Source: Camelus dromedarius (Eukaryota). From it: a stretch of 64,000 nucleotides of DNA. Shown in pieces: positions 59,961 to 64,000 of the stretch; position 1 is the first letter of the stretch; every line of letters starts with the position of its first letter. Under the pieces are notes generated by a model. It was not told where the DNA came from, ran no database searches, and was given only the letters and a program-made list of their open reading frames with translations. The stretch covers positions 29,140,001 to 29,204,000 of the forward strand of contig NC_087457.1 of the NCBI RefSeq assembly GCF_036321535.1. The letters run 5' to 3'. The position numbers and the translations under genes are program-made.

Positions 59961-62900
59961 GGGAAGGAAAACTTAAAAAAAAATGAGTGACTGTTCAAAG
60001 TGTCAGCCAATATAGAAGAATGTAAGTGATATTTGATCACAGGCTCTAGGATATAGTATAAAAACCCAACTCTGCTTTGTAGGTATGACTGATGGTCAGA
60101 AATCTAGCATTACTCATTTTGTCGAAGATCTTGCAAAGTCAGCAAATGAGTGCCTCATATAAAGATGAGATTGAAATAGGAAATGAAGTACTTGCAAAAA
60201 GAAAAAAAAGTAATTGGCATTAGGAGCAAACTTAAGTCGTCTGTTGTGGAGTTAACTCTATTACACCTTCTCCCATAATATATTCCGTGGAAAAGAATGC
60301 ATGTTAATTCGAAAAGAATTACCAACATCAAGTAAGTTTGGGAAGCACTGGGTTAAACACAGTGATGTTGGTTTTAGTGCTGCAAGCCTCCTGAGAATCT
60401 TCAAACCGGGCAGGAAAGACGGCCAGTGTTTCCTGAGCACATAGGGCCTCAGGGGCCTCTTGCCTGGCAGTGACCCACAGAATTTCAGAGTGACCGCCCC
60501 ACAGTTTTTTCCATTTCTTTCTTTCCTAGAGTTCCCCATCACTCCATCGACCTCATTTGGGGGAATGCTATTCTATCGATAGGAAACATTCACAGTTGCC
60601 TAGGAAACAAGGCAAAGGTAATTCTAATATAAAACAAATGCACCAAAATTTTTCTCCAGACCGACATGGTTTTTATTTTACATGACACATAGTTAATGGG
60701 TTTTTATAATTAGCAATACTTTCTAATTTTCTCAATAATCATGATGTGAGTCATGCCTATAATTATTTATGACTCTATTTTCTTTCTCTCGGCTCACAGC
60801 CAGCAGTTAATCTATAAGCTCCAAGTGATACGCATTTTTCCCCTGAAAAATCATAGATGCATAATGAAGTATTACAGGAATCAGCACAAAACACAACTAA
60901 GAGATCTGTGACTTAGACAAAACACACAATCGCACCTGTGACAGAATTTAAAAATTAGCAAATTTAATGAAAATCAACAGCAGCATCGTCATCAACATGT
61001 ATCTATCATGAAGAGTTTCACACTAAAAATCTACATTTGAAATGATTCGAATCCTTAATCACATCAGTTGATATAACAACTAAATGATCAATTCATTCAA
61101 CTTAACCAGGGATGACCCTTGCTAAAACTGTGACGTACACAAGGCTGTTATTTGGGCATATTCGGCAGCATCAGATGTTTAGTGTTTCTCTGGTGCCCTG
61201 GTGTGCTTAACCTTATGCTCCAAAGGGGCAGAAAAAGCTGTTTCCCCAAATATGATCACTCATGCTAAACTGCAGCCTGTCACTAATGGCAATATGTTTG
61301 GCATCACTTATCTGCGTTTAAGAGCCTTCAAATTCTTAAGACAGAAGAACACAGTGTCTACAAACCGTCTTGCATCACTCAGTGACTATGTAAGTATCTG
61401 TGGAAATGCTGGGAATTTCAAGTATCTCTGGTATCACATCATATATGGAAACCTATTTTCTCCCATAATTTAAGTCTGGCCCTGAAATAAATAGAACTTA
61501 ATTTTAGAAACCTTATCTTTTATTCATGCAATATAGACATATGTACATATAATATTTGAGATATTCTGTTTATATATATAACATATTTCATACAAGTAAT
61601 ATAAATATATTGCAGATGAACTATTTCTTATCTCATATTTTATTATTTTTTCAGTCTTTTTTTTGGTTGGTATATTGGCCTGAGTGTAGGAAGATGTACC
61701 TCCCACATATAATTGTCATGTGCTTACACAGCTATTTTGTTAGTTTTAAGTGATGGCTTCATTTACCAGCTTACTTTATCAGCATAGCGTATAAACAGGC
61801 CAAATATCTTTGGCACACCAATAGGAATTCTTCATTTTTTTAAAATCACTACTCTGAAATTATGTTTCTAAAAACTAAAGATAACTTCACTATTACACAG
61901 GTCATCTCCATCCTTCCTCTTCTAAAGAGTCTTGAAATTCAAATAATGACATCTGAGTACAGAAGAAATTCTTCAATCTCAGGTTAATGTCAATTACCAC
62001 CTTACGGAAACACCAGGGTCCAGGGAAACAGAGAATTGAGCTGCTAGAAAAATCAATAGACTGCAGAGATACAAAGAAACCCAGGCTTCTACTGTACTTT
62101 CGATTTATTTCCAATTGGTCTAGTAGCAAAACGGCATCCTGGATCTGTAGTTCTCCTTTATAAACATTTCAGGAAAACATTTCTGCTTTTAACTAAACAT
62201 TATGAGGTCCACATGCTTCTTGTTCCACCTGTCCTCACTGTTTCCACTAACTGAAGAAATGTGCTTGCTGTTTACAATAACTTATTGATTATCTGAACAG
62301 AAGTTACTTAACAGTATATAAAAACTGTACATAAAATATTACTAGCTGTGGAATTTCAGTTGATTAGTTAGTTAAATCATTCAATCTATCTGTGTCACGT
62401 TTTCCTCCAACAGGGGCAGGAACAGTAATTACATGCTTAATTCACTGTGAGAGAAATCCTCAGTACATGATAGTTATTCCTGCTAGTACCTCCACTAATG
62501 GAAATGTTTAAACTATTTTTTTGGAAATCATGTTATACTGAGTGTATCTTAAATGAAAAGAAATGGGGTGAACTAGTAAGATAATATTATTTTCCAGTAC
62601 AGGAACTTACTAGTGACAAAGTACTACGTTTCTTTGTCCAGTAGATTTAAGTCCATTCAAACATTTTGAATTGTGTTACTAATTCTTATTGTAAAAGAAA
62701 GTTACATAAATATTATTCCACTGTATAAGTGAAAAATAAAACATAAATGTTCCTTCTAAAGCACAGCTTGTTCTATGTAAGTTAAGTGTGGATCTTAAGT
62801 CATAAAGAAAATATTTATGGGTGACACACGGTCATTATCATATTTTTTGTTGTTGTTTTTAAACAATGAGTATTAAATTTGTGGTTTTTTCATATCTCTG

Positions 62901-64000
62901 ACAATGTATTTTAACGATCAGCAACTAACCTCTTTTATTCTGAGGGTATTTACAAATAAATGACTTCTATTAAACTTTCAAATTAGATGTCACAATGTTA
63001 GAAAACAAATAGACTAATTACTTGCACATATATTTTTACAAACCTAAAATTATATTTCATATCATAAATAATAACATACATTACATCTGTGTAAGAATAT
63101 ATTAAAATGTTTCTTAGTGAGTCCTTCAAGTTGAATGGATGCATAAATGAACACTTAAAATTTAACTAAGAAGTTTGTGTAAAAAAAATTACCTAGTAGA
63201 AAAGCCAAGCTCACTCTGAAGCAATAGAATGCATTCACAGTCTCATATAAGTGCTCAGTGGTTTGACCCAAACGAAGGCCATGTTTTGTGGAGGACATTT
63301 AACAATGAGCATCAATCACTGTGCCTGGGTACCACCCCTCCACTGAGCTGGCTTGTAGTATCTTTCTTAAAATAACAAGAAAAGTCAACTACATTTTCTT
63401 TCTTTTTTTTTTTTTTGATTTATATAATGTCAATATTCCACTTATGTTAATGAAATAAAAAGTATATTTTTCAATTGTTAGACTCTTAAAACAGAATTTC
63501 CCCTCTAGCTACTTTAGCACTTATGCAAATATTAAACATGCATTTATTTTGTGACTGAGAGACATTAAGATGAATGTTTTAGCAAATTAAGTAACTGAGA
63601 ATTTACAAAGCTTAAATTAAAGAGAAGTGTTGCTATATATAGACATTCATTTAATTCATTACATACGTATGTGTATATGTGTACACACATGGGTGTGTTC
63701 ATTATACTCTCTCTAAAAGGAAATTCTTGATTTCTGTCCAGTAAATCCTTCTTTTCCTATTTTTCCTAAATTAAAACATGATATTTTTGACTCAGAAAGA
63801 AGCAAGTGTTTAAAAAGGTTAAGGCAAGGCAATGATGATCATTACTTTGTGAGAAGTAACTTTAACAAAGCATTTTCAACACTTACAACTGGGGGACCCC
63901 ATCTGTACGACTACATGTAGCCTGCCATTGAGCCTTCAATCACCAATGGAAAAATTACAGATCACACAGTGATATTTATCTGGTCAATTTCAAGCTGCGA

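Noticed and set aside
61901-61982. Plus-strand exon candidate (VISILPLLKSLEIQIMTSEYRRNSSIS)
   Set aside because: Weak donor (GTTAAT) and no independent support.
1-64000. CRISPR arrays, prokaryotic operons, tRNA/rRNA/snRNA genes, NUMT, intact ERV or transposase genes
   Set aside because: None seen. The repeats are mammalian TE fossils and microsatellites, and the only tandem unit is a two-copy duplication without spacers.

Overview
AT-rich mammalian nuclear genomic DNA, not a prokaryotic or viral window. The young LINE-1 3' tails (e.g. GGGAGTTTGGGATTTGCAGA...CTAACTACTACACATAAAATAGATAAACAAG at ~19287-19340, and 29940-30142) look like camelid (camel/alpaca/llama) L1. I saw no Bov-A/CHR/PRE-1/Alu-type SINEs, which fits a camelid source; this assignment is from recall, not a database search. 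I could not identify any protein-coding gene with confidence. The ORF track is mostly chance ORFs, L1 ORF2 remnants, microsatellite translations and read-through of N gaps. The window looks like a large intron or intergenic region containing: an ancient near-full-length L1 skeleton; two 5'-inverted (twin-primed) L1s, one of them nested in an older L1 together with a Tigger-type MITE; MIR, L2 and MER5 fossils; a cluster of MaLR/ERVL solo LTRs at 45-51 kb; several microsatellites; a recent ~70-bp tandem duplication; five N gaps; and a few CpG-enriched, regulatory-looking patches (a TATA promoter-like region near 1.9 kb and CTCF-like motifs). Two speculative, phase-compatible splice chains (one per strand) are offered as hypotheses only. 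I found no evidence for a new biological system. Repeat family names and most repeat boundaries are approximate, by-eye assignments.
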